From an uncultured Ilyobacter sp. (GTDB taxonomy: Bacteria > Fusobacteriota > Fusobacteriia > Fusobacteriales > Fusobacteriaceae): 64,000 nt of DNA. The position numbers and the translations under genes were made by a program. Position 1 is the first letter of the stretch. Every line of letters starts with the position of its first letter. Of this stretch, positions 37,254 through 47,448 are shown piece by piece. The DNA lies in the NCBI GenBank assembly GCA_963668015.2, contig CAXXCR010000012.1, positions 162,892-226,891 on the forward strand, given 5' to 3'. The notes under the pieces are model-generated. The model saw only the letters and a program-made list of their open reading frames with translations, searched no databases and was not told the DNA's origin.

Positions 37254-38669
37254 ATGTTGAAAAAAACTAAGATTGTATGTACTATCGGACCTAAGTCTGA
37301 ATCAAAAGAAATGCTAGGAAAATTAGTAGCAGCTGGAATGAACGTAATGAGACTTAACTTCTCACACGGTGACTATGAAGAGCACGGTGGAAGAATCACA
37401 AGTCTAAGAGAAATCATGGCTGAAACAGGAAGTCAAGTTGCTGTATTACTAGACACTAAAGGTCCTGAGATCAGAACTATCAAGCTTGAAAACGGAGACG
37501 ACGTAATGCTTGAAGCTGGACAAGATTTCACAATCACTACCGACAAAACTGTAGTAGGAAACAAAGAAATAGTTGCAGTTACTTATGAAGGGTTAACAGA
37601 TGACCTTAAAGCAGGAGATACAATTCTTCTAGACGATGGATTAGTTGGATTAACTGTAAAAGAAGTAGCAGGAAACGAAGTTAAATGTGTTGTAAACAAC
37701 AGTGGAGAACTTGGAGAAAACAAAGGTGTTAATTTACCAGGTGTATCAGTTAACCTTCCTGCACTATCAGAAAAAGATATAGCTGACCTTAAATTTGGAT
37801 GCGAAGTTGGCGTAGACTACGTAGCTGCTTCATTCATAAGAAAAACTTCAGACGTTAAAGAAGTAAGAAATATATTAGATGAAAACGGTGGAAAAAACAT
37901 CAAAATCATCTCTAAAATAGAAAACCAAGAGGGTGTAGATAACTTCGATGAAATCTTAGAATTATCAGATGGAATCATGGTTGCAAGGGGAGACCTTGGG
38001 GTAGAAATTCCTGTAGAGGAAGTTCCATTCGCTCAAAAAATGATGATAGAAAAATGTAACGAAGCTGGTAAAATGGTTATAACAGCTACTCAAATGTTAG
38101 ATTCTATGATCAAAAACCCTAGACCTACAAGAGCAGAAGCAGGAGACGTTGCTAACGCTATCTTAGACGGAACAGATGCAGTAATGCTTTCAGGAGAATC
38201 TGCAAAAGGTAAATACCCTGAAGAAGCTGTAAAAACTATGGCTAAAATCTGTGAAAAAACAGACTCTGTTATGATGTATATGCCAATGGATTTTGAAGGA
38301 CCAACTACAGTAACTGAAGCAGTAGCTAAAGGAAGTGTAGAAGCAGCTGAAAATTTAGGAGCAAAATTAATAGTTGTTGCTACTGAAACAGGAAGAGGAG
38401 CAAGAGCAGTAAGAAAATACTTCCCAACTGCACAAATCTTAGCTATCACAAACAACGAACAAACAGCTAGACAGCTTATGCTTTCAAAAGGTGTTTACAC
38501 AGCAGTTGAAAAAGATGCATTAACAGTAGAAGAGTTCACAGCTAAAGCTGAAAAATTAGCTGTAGAAAACGGATTCGCTCAAACTGGAGACGTAGTTGTA
38601 ATAACTTACGGAGAAGGAATCTTCAAACCAGGAACAACAAACAGTTTCAAAGTATCAGTAATCAAATAA
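37254..38669 (+). CDS. pyk: Pyruvate kinase
   Basis: 471 aa. [31 protein letters not shown] motifs. Confidence 0.95.
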   Translation: MLKKTKIVCTIGPKSESKEMLGKLVAAGMNVMRLNFSHGDYEEHGGRITSLREIMAETGSQVAVLLDTKGPEIRTIKLENGDDVMLEAGQDFTITTDKTVVGNKEIVAVTYEGLTDDLKAGDTILLDDGLVGLTVKEVAGNEVKCVVNNSGELGENKGVNLPGVSVNLPALSEKDIADLKFGCEVGVDYVAASFIRKTSDVKEVRNILDENGGKNIKIISKIENQEGVDNFDEILELSDGIMVARGDLGVEIPVEEVPFAQKMMIEKCNEAGKMVITATQMLDSMIKNPRPTRAEAGDVANAILDGTDAVMLSGESAKGKYPEEAVKTMAKICEKTDSVMMYMPMDFEGPTTVTEAVAKGSVEAAENLGAKLIVVATETGRGARAVRKYFPTAQILAITNNEQTARQLMLSKGVYTAVEKDALTVEEFTAKAEKLAVENGFAQTGDVVVITYGEGIFKPGTTNSFKVSVIK

Positions 38670-38678
38670 GCATAAATT

Positions 38679-38706
38679 AAAAATCGGCCAATTGGCCGAT
38701 TTTTTT
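38679..38706. terminator. Bidirectional terminator between convergent pyk and the permease gene
   Basis: AAAAATCGGCCAATTGGCCGATTTTTT, a perfect palindrome flanked by A and T tracts. Confidence 0.8.
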
Positions 38707-38718
38707 ATTTACACTTAA

Positions 38719-40092
38719 TTATACAACTCCAAATGATGCAAAAATAACTGCAATTGCTGTAGCCACTAGAGGGATAACAACGGTACACATACCGATATCT
38801 TTATATGATTCTCTGTGTGTTAAGCCGGTTATACCCAATAAAGTAATTATGGCACCGTTGTGCGGAAGTGAATCCAGCCCTCCACAGGCCATTGCAGCTA
38901 TTCTATGGAAAGCCTCAGGGTTTATATTGTACATCTGAGCCTTCTGTATGTAAGCATCACCAAGGGCACTTAGAGCGATACTCATACCCCCAGAAGCTGA
39001 ACCAGTGATACCCGCCAGAACACTCGAAGAAACAGCAAGTGATATAAACGGAGTACCAGGAATAGAAAGTATAGCAGTTTTAATGATAACAAATGCAGCA
39101 AGAGACTTTATTACATTACCATATCCAACTTCAGAAGCTGTATTTATAATTGGAAGCAGTGATCCAAAAGCACCTTTGTTGAGAGTTTCCTTTAAATTTT
39201 TAAGCTGTTTTCTAAATACGATGGCGGCCGTTATAATGGAAGCCATAAGAGATATAAGAAGACTCCAAGATCCCTTTACCTTACCAAAAGTAGTACCATA
39301 ATCTTTTAAATAATCAGCATTGTAATCAGCGTAGAATATATTTCCTATGATAAAGTTTAAAACAAGAACGATTACAATGGGTGCTAACGCAGCTTGTAGT
39401 GAAGGCAGATTTTCAGAACTAATTTTTGCGATGTTGTCATTGTGATCTCCGTATCCTTCTCCTGCTAAACGGGCAGCTTTTTCTCTTCTATTCAACCAAA
39501 GCATACCACCAAGAAACATTATAGTTGCACCGATTAAACCAAGTACAGGTGCGGCATAGGCTGTTGTGCCAAAAAAAGGCATAGGTATTGTATTTTGTAT
39601 TTGAGGCGACCCTGGAAGAGCAGTCATTGTAAAAGTGAAAGAACCCAGTGCGATTGAAGCTGGAATCAATCTTTTAGGGATATCGTTTTCCCTGAACAAT
39701 TCAGCTGCAATTGGATATACAGCAAAGGCCACAACAAACATTGAAACCCCACCATAAGTCAAGACAGCAACTGAGAGAACAACAGCTAAGATGGAGTTCT
39801 TTTTACCTACTTTTTCAGTGAAAAAGTGGGAGATAGTTTTTGCTGAACCGGATTCTTCCATCAACTTACCGAAGATTGCTCCAAGTAAGAATATCGGGAA
39901 GTATGCTTTAACGTAGGCCGAGAAATTGTTCATAAATACTTCTGTATAGGATGCCATAATCGGTGTTCCTCCAGAAAAAAGAACAGCAAGCAGTGCAAGA
40001 ACAGGAGCGATTAATATTACTGCAATCCCCCTGTAGGCAAGATAGATTAATAAAACCAGTGATATAATAATACCGACGATACCTAAATCCAT
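38719..40092 (-). CDS. GntP-family (gluconate / hydroxy-acid:H+) permease
   Basis: 457 aa and polytopic. AGGAGG RBS. N-terminal region and overall layout resemble GntP/DsdX-type transporters. Confidence 0.75.
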   Translation of the reverse strand: MDLGIVGIIISLVLLIYLAYRGIAVILIAPVLALLAVLFSGGTPIMASYTEVFMNNFSAYVKAYFPIFLLGAIFGKLMEESGSAKTISHFFTEKVGKKNSILAVVLSVAVLTYGGVSMFVVAFAVYPIAAELFRENDIPKRLIPASIALGSFTFTMTALPGSPQIQNTIPMPFFGTTAYAAPVLGLIGATIMFLGGMLWLNRREKAARLAGEGYGDHNDNIAKISSENLPSLQAALAPIVIVLVLNFIIGNIFYADYNADYLKDYGTTFGKVKGSWSLLISLMASIITAAIVFRKQLKNLKETLNKGAFGSLLPIINTASEVGYGNVIKSLAAFVIIKTAILSIPGTPFISLAVSSSVLAGITGSASGGMSIALSALGDAYIQKAQMYNINPEAFHRIAAMACGGLDSLPHNGAIITLLGITGLTHRESYKDIGMCTVVIPLVATAIAVIFASFGVV

Positions 40093-40271
40093 AAAAAATC
40101 CTCCTTTTTTTGATTGACTTTAAACATTAGTCATTAATCGGAATTAAACTTATTTCGATAAAAGTCTCTAATTTGTATATACCATAAGTGTAGGAAAAAT
40201 CAAAACAAAAAAACAAAAAATTACTTTAGTTTTAATTTCTCGGAATATATTCAAAAAAAAAACTGACAATA

Positions 40272-40319
40272 AAAAAAGAAGACTTTGTGAATTTTAAAAC
40301 TCACAAAGTCTTCTTTTTT
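40272..40319. terminator. Long hairpin terminator downstream of the small minus-strand gene
   Basis: AAAAAAGAAGACTTTGTGA (40272-40290) pairs with TCACAAAGTCTTCTTTTTT (40301-40319). Confidence 0.7.
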
Positions 40320-40330
40320 GAAAAAGCAGA

Positions 40331-40531
40331 TTAATTCTCCTTTTTTCTATTTAGTTTATACATGTAAACAAGTATGGAGATTAATATTATAGGGTAGAAA
40401 TAGTAGGCAACTACAGGGAAGAGACCTAAGATGGCAGTTTTTAAAACCCCAAACTCTTTCAAGGAGTGGAACAAAGTAATTCCCAAGGTGCTAAATAAAA
40501 TGAAAATGAAAAAAATATTCATATTTATCAC
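40331..40531 (-). CDS. Hypothetical small membrane protein
   Basis: 66 aa with two predicted TM helices. Followed by a terminator. No recognisable family. Confidence 0.4.
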   Translation of the reverse strand: MINMNIFFIFILFSTLGITLFHSLKEFGVLKTAILGLFPVVAYYFYPIILISILVYMYKLNRKKEN

Positions 40532-40718
40532 CTTCTTCTCTATATAAATATTTACAAAACTAAAACTGATATCCTTTAAAATTAAATCTCAAGATTTTTA
40601 TGTAAGTGAAGATTAAAGACAATAGACTATAAATTATTAGGAGGAAAATATTTATAGCTTAGGTAAATTAATAGTAAATATACTCTGTAAAAGAATTATT
40701 TCTAAGGGGATGAAGAAT

Positions 40719-43424
40719 ATGGATAAAAAATATGTCTATCTGTTTGGACCAAATGGATCTGATGGCGATGCAAGCATGAAAGAGCTTTTGGGAGGTAAGG
40801 GTGCAAACCTTGCTGAAATGGCAAGAATAGGCATACCGGTTCCTCCAGGATTCACAATAAGTACGGAGATGTGTACCCTTTACAATGAAAAGGGGAAAAG
40901 CGAAGTGAAGAAGTTATTGGAAAAAACAATAAAAAGTTCTGTAGAATTTGTAGAAGATATAGTTGGAATGGAATTTGGAAATCCTGAAAACCCCTTACTT
41001 TTTTCGGTAAGGTCTGGTGCCAGAAAATCAATGCCTGGGATGATGGATACGGTTTTGAATCTGGGTATAAATGATAAGATAATCAATGGACTTGCAGAAA
41101 AAACCGGCAACGAGAGATTTGCCTGGGACTCATACAGAAGATTTCTGCAAATGTATGGTGATGTGGTATTGGGGATGAAGCCTGAGTCAAAAGATGACGT
41201 AAATCCTTTTGAAAAGATTATAGAAGATATGAAGGAAGCTTTGGAAATAAAAAATGATATAGACTTTAAAGTGGAAGATCTAAAAGTTTTGGTGAAAAAA
41301 TTTAAAGTACTGATTAGAAAAAAAACCGGGAAAGATTTTCCGCAGGATCCATGGGAGCAGTTGTGGGAAGCCATAGTAGCTGTATTTGACAGTTGGATGA
41401 ACGACAGGGCTATTATATACAGAAAATTAGAAAAAATACCTGATTGGTGGGGAACAGCAGTAAATGTACAGGCAATGGTATTTGGAAATATGGGTGAAAA
41501 CTCGGCAACTGGAGTTGCATTTACAAGAAATGCTGCAACAGGCGAAAATAAATTCAATGGTGAATTTTTGGTAAATGCCCAAGGTGAAGATGTAGTGGCA
41601 GGTATAAGAACACCGCAAGAGATAACCCGCGAGGAATCGGTCGAGTGGTCTAAAAGAAACAATATAAGCGAAGAAGAGAGGGTGAAAAAGCATCCTTCAC
41701 TAGAAGAGATAATGACTGATGTCTATAAAGAGTTGTATGAAGTGCAGGAAAAATTGGAACAACATTATAAAGATATGCAGGATTTGGAGTTTACTATACA
41801 GGAAGGGAAACTGTGGTTATTGCAGACAAGAACAGGAAAAAGAACAGGTCAGGCAATGATAAAAATTGCAATGGATCTATTAGATGAAGGTATTATAGAT
41901 GAGTTAACTGTTTTAGACAGGTTGGATATAAATAAAATAGGTGAACTACTTCATCCGATATTTTCTGAAAATTCACTAAAAAAAGCTAAAGAAATTACTA
42001 AAGGACTGCCAGCAGCCCCCGGTGCCGCAATAGGACGTGTGGTTTTCTTTGCAGATGAGGTTGAAAAATATGATGATGCCATACTGGTAAGACTGGAAAC
42101 TTCTCCAGAAGATATAAAAGGTATGACCCTTGCAAATGGATTTTTAACAGTACGTGGAGGGATGACATCCCACGCAGCCGTTGTTGCCAGAGGAATGGGG
42201 AAATGCTGTGTGGCAGGTGCCGGAGAGCTCAGAGTCGACTACAAGAAAAGGATATTTGAAGTCGCAGGAAAAGTTTTTAAAGAAGGGGACTGGATATCCT
42301 TGAATGGTAGAACAGGAGAAGTTTATGAAGGAAAACTTGAAACAACTGAACCTCAACTTGGCAGTGATTTTGAAAGAGTTTTAAAACTGGCAGACAAAGT
42401 AGCCCGTGTTGAGGTTAGAGCAAATGCAGATACTCCATTAGATGCCAGCCAGTCGCTTAAGTTCGGTGCAAAGGGAATAGGGCTTTGCAGAACTGAGCAT
42501 ATGTTTTTTGAGCCGGATAAAATAAAACCAATGAGAGAAATGATATTGGCTTCCGATGAAAAAGGCAGGAAAAAGGCTCTCGAAAAATTACTTCCTCTAC
42601 AAAGAAAAGATTTCGAGGAGATATTTGAGGTTATGGGTGAATTTCCTGTTACCATAAGGCTCTTAGATCCTCCATTACATGAATTTTTGCCTCATACAAA
42701 GGAGAAACAAGAGGAACTTGCCTTGGAACTGCATGTTAAAGCCAGTAAAATACGTGAAACTGTAGAACATCTGAAAGAATTGAATCCTATGTTGGGACAC
42801 AGGGGATGCAGACTCGGTAATACATATCCAGAGATCACAATAATGCAAACTAAAGCGATAATAGAAGCAGCTATAAATGTGAAAAAAAGGGGAATAGATG
42901 TATTCCCGGAAATAATGGTTCCGTTGGTAGGAACTTTAGAAGAATTGAAACTTCAAAAATTATATATAGAAAAGACGATAAAAAATGTGTTTGAAGCCAA
43001 AGGAGAGAGAGTTAGGTATAAGATAGGAACTATGATAGAAATACCTAGAGCCGCTTTGACCGCTGATGAGATTGCAAAGCATGCTGAATTTTTCTCATTT
43101 GGAACCAATGATCTCACGCAGATGACTTTTGGATATTCGCGTGATGATGCCAATAAATTCTTACCTATATATTTAGAAAAGAAGATATTAAAAAGAGATC
43201 CTTTCCAAGTTTTGGATAGGGATGGTGTTGGTCAGCTTATGAAAATTGCATTTGAAAAAGCTAAAAAAGTGAATGAAGATATAGAAATTGGAATATGCGG
43301 AGAACACGGAGGGGAACCTCAATCCATAGAATTTGTAAGTAATCTAGGATTTGACTATGTTAGCTGTTCTCCATATAGGATACCTATAGCTAGAATTGCA
43401 GCTGCAAAAGCTGCAAAAGGTTAA
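40719..43424 (+). CDS. ppdK: Pyruvate, phosphate dikinase
   Basis: About 901 aa. GGKGANLAEM, phosphohistidine region GGMTSHAAVVARG, PEP/pyruvate domain GLCRTEHMF and FFSFGTNDLTQ. ATG 40719 is better spaced from the RBS than ATG 40710. Confidence 0.95.
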   Translation: MDKKYVYLFGPNGSDGDASMKELLGGKGANLAEMARIGIPVPPGFTISTEMCTLYNEKGKSEVKKLLEKTIKSSVEFVEDIVGMEFGNPENPLLFSVRSGARKSMPGMMDTVLNLGINDKIINGLAEKTGNERFAWDSYRRFLQMYGDVVLGMKPESKDDVNPFEKIIEDMKEALEIKNDIDFKVEDLKVLVKKFKVLIRKKTGKDFPQDPWEQLWEAIVAVFDSWMNDRAIIYRKLEKIPDWWGTAVNVQAMVFGNMGENSATGVAFTRNAATGENKFNGEFLVNAQGEDVVAGIRTPQEITREESVEWSKRNNISEEERVKKHPSLEEIMTDVYKELYEVQEKLEQHYKDMQDLEFTIQEGKLWLLQTRTGKRTGQAMIKIAMDLLDEGIIDELTVLDRLDINKIGELLHPIFSENSLKKAKEITKGLPAAPGAAIGRVVFFADEVEKYDDAILVRLETSPEDIKGMTLANGFLTVRGGMTSHAAVVARGMGKCCVAGAGELRVDYKKRIFEVAGKVFKEGDWISLNGRTGEVYEGKLETTEPQLGSDFERVLKLADKVARVEVRANADTPLDASQSLKFGAKGIGLCRTEHMFFEPDKIKPMREMILASDEKGRKKALEKLLPLQRKDFEEIFEVMGEFPVTIRLLDPPLHEFLPHTKEKQEELALELHVKASKIRETVEHLKELNPMLGHRGCRLGNTYPEITIMQTKAIIEAAINVKKRGIDVFPEIMVPLVGTLEELKLQKLYIEKTIKNVFEAKGERVRYKIGTMIEIPRAALTADEIAKHAEFFSFGTNDLTQMTFGYSRDDANKFLPIYLEKKILKRDPFQVLDRDGVGQLMKIAFEKAKKVNEDIEIGICGEHGGEPQSIEFVSNLGFDYVSCSPYRIPIARIAAAKAAKG

Positions 43425-43431
43425 GATGCTT

Positions 43432-43695
43432 ATGATAAGTGGAAAAGTCGTAATAATGAATGAAACAGGTTTACATGTAAGACCCGGACATGAACTCGTT
43501 ATAATGGTGAAAAATTTTAAGAGTAGTATAGAGTTTGAAAACGAAGATGGGAAAAGAGTACGTGGTAATTCATTACTGAAGATACTTAGTCTGGGTTTGA
43601 AAAAAGGTCGTGAGATAAGGGTGTATGCAGACGGAGAGGATGAAGCTGAGGCTGTAAAGAAAATAGTAAATTTTATGCAAAACTTAAAGGATTGA
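43432..43695 (+). CDS. ptsH: Phosphocarrier protein HPr
   Basis: 87 aa from ATG 43432, which puts His at position 15 (NETGLHVRPG). A regulatory-Ser-like region follows (GNSLLKILSLG). An alternative ATG at 43426 lies 1 nt after the ppdK stop. Confidence 0.85.
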   Translation: MISGKVVIMNETGLHVRPGHELVIMVKNFKSSIEFENEDGKRVRGNSLLKILSLGLKKGREIRVYADGEDEAEAVKKIVNFMQNLKD

Positions 43696-43706
43696 CTATG
43701 CAGTAT

Positions 43707-43742
43707 AAAAAAATAGAAGATACATTGTATCTTCTATTTTTT
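43707..43742 (+). terminator. Hairpin terminator/attenuator between ptsH and ptsI
   Basis: ATAGAAGATAC (43713-43723), loop ATT, GTATCTTCTAT (43727-43737), flanked by an A-run and a T-run. Confidence 0.7.
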
Positions 43743-43772
43743 AAATAATTTGTAGGCTGGAGGGATATGCAG

Positions 43773-45497
43773 ATGGGGAAAGTGTTCAAGGGTATGGTGA
43801 CCTCTGCGGGGCTGGCAGTATCTAGGGCCCATATATATGAGAAAGAAGAGGTTTTGATAAATAAAAACAGCATACTCGGTGCAGAAGCCGAAAAAAAGCG
43901 ACTGATAAATGCCCAGAAAAAAACGAGGGAACAGCTTTTGAAATTTAAGGAAAAAACCCTTCGAATAATGGGGGATGAAGAAGCCGCTATATTTGACAGC
44001 CACATAAACTTGTTAGAGGACGAGTTTATAATGGATCAGGTTCATGCTTTTATAGAGAGTGAGATGGCATCTGCTGAGTATGCATTGAAATGTGTAATAG
44101 AAAAAAATTGTGAACTGATGTCGAGCCTTGAAGATGAATTTTTTAGGGAAAGAGTAGCCGATATTAAAGATATAGGTAAAAGATGGGTGTATAATATATT
44201 GGAAATAGATTTAGAGGATGACTTAGAGTTTGAAGATAGCACAATAATTGTAAGTGAGAGCATAGATCCTTCTGATATTATGAAACTGGACCTGAAAAAA
44301 GTGGAAGGTTTTGTAAGTTTTAACGGTGGAAAGATGAGTCATGCTTCCATAATGGCTAGATCCTTAGGAATACCGTTTATAGTAGGGATAGAGTTGAAAA
44401 ACGAAATAGAAAATGGGGATTATCTTATACTGGATGCAATAGAAGGTATGGTCATAGTAGATCCGGATAAAAAAGAGATTAAGAGCTACAGGTTAAAAAT
44501 AGAAGAGTATAACAACGAAAGAGAAAAGCTTAACAGCTTAAAATGGAAAAAAGCAGTTTCAAAAGATAAATTTGAAGTACATATGTTGGCAAATATTGAG
44601 AGTGAGGAAGATGTGGAGCTGGTCTTGAAATATGGAGCAGATGGTGTGGGACTTTATAGAACTGAATTTTTGTTTATGAATTCAGAAAAATTTCCAAGTG
44701 AAGAAGAGCAGTTTAGTTCTTATAGGAAAGTTGTTGAAGGGATGCAGGGACGACCTGTTATAATAAGAACAATAGATATAGGCGGAGATAAATTTCCAGA
44801 ATATATGGACTTTCCAAAAGAAGAAAATCCGTTTTTGGGCATGAGGGCACTTAGAATATCACTGAAAGATTTGGAAAATTTTAAAGCTCAGATAAAAGCT
44901 ATTTTAAGAGCATCTGCCTATGGGAATGCGTACATAATGTTTCCGATGGTGATCTCTATTGATGAGATAAGGGATGCCAAAAAGGTTATAGAAGAGTGTA
45001 AGGATGAGCTGAGGCAAAATGGAATAAGCTTCGACGAGTACGTTAAAGTGGGGATATTGGTAGAGACTCCTGCAGTGGTTATAAGAGCACAAAAGTTTGC
45101 TAAAGAAACCGACTTCTTTTCAATAGGAACAAATGATTTGACACAGTATATACTGGCAGTTGACCGGGGAAATGAGTATGTATTTGATCTGTATGATCCG
45201 TACCATCCAGCGGTTCTTCAGGCCATAAAAACAGTTATAGATGAGGCAAAAAACTCTAAAATAGAGATATCTATGTGCGGAGAGTTCGCAGGTGATGAAA
45301 GGGCTACAGCACTGCTGTTGGGAATGGGTCTTGAAGCTTTTTCAATGTCGCCTATTATGATCCCGAGGATAAAAAGCAATATAATGAAACTGAATAAAAG
45401 TGAATGTGAACACCTAGTAGAAAGGGTATTAAAAATGGGGACTGCTGATGAGATAAAAGATGAAATAGATAAATTTTTTGAAAAAATTGACAAATAA
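43773..45497 (+). CDS. ptsI: Phosphoenolpyruvate-protein phosphotransferase (PTS enzyme I)
   Basis: GGKMSHASIMARSLGIP phosphohistidine motif, GLYRTEFLF, FFSIGTNDLTQY. ATG 43773 is preferred over 43767 on spacing from the GGAGGG RBS. Confidence 0.93.
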   Translation: MGKVFKGMVTSAGLAVSRAHIYEKEEVLINKNSILGAEAEKKRLINAQKKTREQLLKFKEKTLRIMGDEEAAIFDSHINLLEDEFIMDQVHAFIESEMASAEYALKCVIEKNCELMSSLEDEFFRERVADIKDIGKRWVYNILEIDLEDDLEFEDSTIIVSESIDPSDIMKLDLKKVEGFVSFNGGKMSHASIMARSLGIPFIVGIELKNEIENGDYLILDAIEGMVIVDPDKKEIKSYRLKIEEYNNEREKLNSLKWKKAVSKDKFEVHMLANIESEEDVELVLKYGADGVGLYRTEFLFMNSEKFPSEEEQFSSYRKVVEGMQGRPVIIRTIDIGGDKFPEYMDFPKEENPFLGMRALRISLKDLENFKAQIKAILRASAYGNAYIMFPMVISIDEIRDAKKVIEECKDELRQNGISFDEYVKVGILVETPAVVIRAQKFAKETDFFSIGTNDLTQYILAVDRGNEYVFDLYDPYHPAVLQAIKTVIDEAKNSKIEISMCGEFAGDERATALLLGMGLEAFSMSPIMIPRIKSNIMKLNKSECEHLVERVLKMGTADEIKDEIDKFFEKIDK

Positions 45498-45524
45498 GAA
45501 AAACAGGGGATCCCCCCTGTTTTT
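45498..45524 (+). terminator. Intrinsic terminator after ptsI
   Basis: AAAAACAGGGG-ATCC-CCCCTGTTTTT. Confidence 0.75.
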
Positions 45525-45620
45525 CTTATTTGGTTTAAATTATAATTTAAATTTTGAACTTATCATAATCTTATTTTAGTTTTATATTTAACTCAAGTTG
45601 CTACTTGAAATTATTGCGAT

Positions 45621-45886
45621 AAATTATTGAATTTATCTAAAATTATTTTTTGGACATAGAGTTTAAAACAAGAGTTTCAAAGAGAAAACCTCAGCCCAAT
45701 TTATAGATTGTAGAGAACAGTGAATAGATATTTAAACTATTCTTTATTCATTATTAACTACTAACTGATTTATTTACTCTTTGAAACTCACTCTTTTCAT
45801 CTGTGCCACTCTGTGACTCAGGTTTTTTATTTTAATTCGTGACCAAAAAAGCTTTTTATCTGCTTGCAAGAAATTGAATATTTTAT
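45621..45886 (+). repeat. Structured intergenic repeat, copy A (~266 bp)
   Basis: Aligns with 48111-48405 in direct orientation. Conserved left arm (AAATTATTGAATTTATCTAAAA...TTTTTTGGACATAGAGTTT...AAAACAAGAG) and right arm (GAAACTCACTCTTTTC.T.TGTGCCACTCTGTG...TTCGTGACC.AAAA.GCTTTT...CTTGC.AGAAATT.AAT), with a divergent centre. Confidence 0.7.
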
Positions 45887-45921
45887 TACAGGTAACAACT
45901 TAGGTTATTTAATGTGGAAAA

Positions 45922-46605
45922 TTATTTGCCAAATACCTTGATATAATCCACATAAGCAGTAGCCTCTTCACCGGTATTATCGGAATCTGCCATTATTGCA
46001 ATGCTGGCTTTTTGTGGGGGATCCTCACGGAAAGCAGCCCTGTAATCTTCTAAAATATTTCTTTTTTCAACTATCCATTCACCAAGTTTAGCATTACTGC
46101 TTTCCAGAGCAAGAGTCCTTGAAAAATCAGAGTAGGGGTTTTTAATAATTTCCCCTTTTTCCAGTTTGCTTGCCCAGACATAGTTAAGAGCACTGTGTGG
46201 CGGATATTCTCCGTATAACTTTTTCGTCAGTTCATATTTGATTTTTTTAAAACCCCTGCTGTTTTTCGGTGAGTATTGGAATATAAGGTAGACTCTTATG
46301 GGAAAATCATCTCCGCTTTTTAAAGCGGCGTTTCCTTTTTGGTAAATATTTTCTACTTTCCACTTCCATTCTGCCAAAGGGTATTTATATACATCGAATT
46401 TTTGAGAATATATTATGGCAGATGCCCCGTTTTTACTATAAGCTTTTAAAATATCATTGTCTATGATGTTATAGTTCGAAAGAACATTGATTTTCTTAAA
46501 TTTTAAACTGTTCCAATTATTTAGATTATAAAAATCTTCATTTACAATTATTTCTGAAAATGAAGCCTGGTATAAAAAAATAAGAATAAAAAACAGTTTC
46601 TTCAT
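45922..46605 (-). CDS. Secreted DUF3047-like protein
   Basis: 227 aa with a signal peptide. Motifs WKWKVENIY..GDDFPIRVYLIF and LNYVWAS resemble the DUF3047 family. Confidence 0.65.
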   Translation of the reverse strand: MKKLFFILIFLYQASFSEIIVNEDFYNLNNWNSLKFKKINVLSNYNIIDNDILKAYSKNGASAIIYSQKFDVYKYPLAEWKWKVENIYQKGNAALKSGDDFPIRVYLIFQYSPKNSRGFKKIKYELTKKLYGEYPPHSALNYVWASKLEKGEIIKNPYSDFSRTLALESSNAKLGEWIVEKRNILEDYRAAFREDPPQKASIAIMADSDNTGEEATAYVDYIKVFGK

Positions 46606-46758
46606 AAACCCACCTCCTGTTGTAATATATATTCACAAAACTCCTGTAATATCATTTTAAATAAAAAAATATATTTAGATAACTGTGTACAATAGAGGAT
46701 AAATTATATTTTTTTGGTATATTATTTTAACTTAATACAAGTTTAAGTAGGGGGAGAC

Positions 46759-47355
46759 ATGAACGATAACGTATTGAGAAAAGAATATTTGAATGAAAAT
46801 CCTATATTGGAAATGGAAAAATGGCTTCATTTTGCATATGAAAATAGTGTGAAATTTCCAAATCTGATGTGTCTTGTGACAGACATAGATGGTAAAATAA
46901 CTTCTAGGATGGTTTTTTTGAAGCGGATAAATGATAAAGGATTTATTTTTTTCGACAGCTTAGAACCAGATTTTAAACCTGTAAAAAATGATGCAATTAT
47001 AAATTTTATATGGCGTGATATTAGCAGAAACATATGCATAGAGGGCAAATTAATGAGAATGGAAAGGGCAATTGAGGAAGAACATTATCAGCTTTTGCCT
47101 AAAAACCTGAAATTAAAATACTATGTTATGAATTCTAAAGAAACAGTGGAATCTAGGCCGAGAATGAAGGAGATATATCTGGAAACTGAAGAAAAATTTG
47201 AATGGGAAGATATACCAATGCCTGAAAATTGGGGAGTGTATTTATTTGAGCCCAATTATTTTGAATTTATAAATGGGAACCTATTGGAATTGCCGGATAA
47301 GTTTATCTATCGAAAAGAAAATGGCGTATGGTACCTTGCAAGAAGTATTTTATAG
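46759..47355 (+). CDS. pdxH: Pyridoxamine 5'-phosphate oxidase-like protein
   Basis: 198 aa, colinear with PdxH: LRKEY..., MCLVTDIDGKITSRMVFLK..KGFIFF, C-terminal FEFINGN....DKFIYRKENGVWYLARSIL. Confidence 0.65.
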   Translation: MNDNVLRKEYLNENPILEMEKWLHFAYENSVKFPNLMCLVTDIDGKITSRMVFLKRINDKGFIFFDSLEPDFKPVKNDAIINFIWRDISRNICIEGKLMRMERAIEEEHYQLLPKNLKLKYYVMNSKETVESRPRMKEIYLETEEKFEWEDIPMPENWGVYLFEPNYFEFINGNLLELPDKFIYRKENGVWYLARSIL

Positions 47356-47376
47356 GCTCAAAAGAGCCTTTTTTTA
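47354..47376 (+). terminator. Intrinsic terminator
   Basis: AGGCTC-AAAA-GAGCCT followed by T7. Confidence 0.7.
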
Positions 47377-47448
47377 TTAAAAAAATTAAAGTATTTCTTG
47401 ATAAATATTACAATAGAATAATATAAGAGCTGTTTGGAGGTGGAGAAA

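Noticed and set aside
40880-41662. Long antisense ORFs inside well-supported genes, e.g. 260 aa opposite ppdK, 238 aa at 50792-51508 opposite the K+ channel, 171 aa at 12742-13257, 169 aa at 19603-20112, 167 aa at 23930-24433, 163 aa at 34376-34867
   Set aside because: All lie entirely within strongly supported sense genes. They lack RBS motifs and have low-complexity S/F/I/L-rich translations typical of shadow frames produced by codon bias. None resembles a known family.
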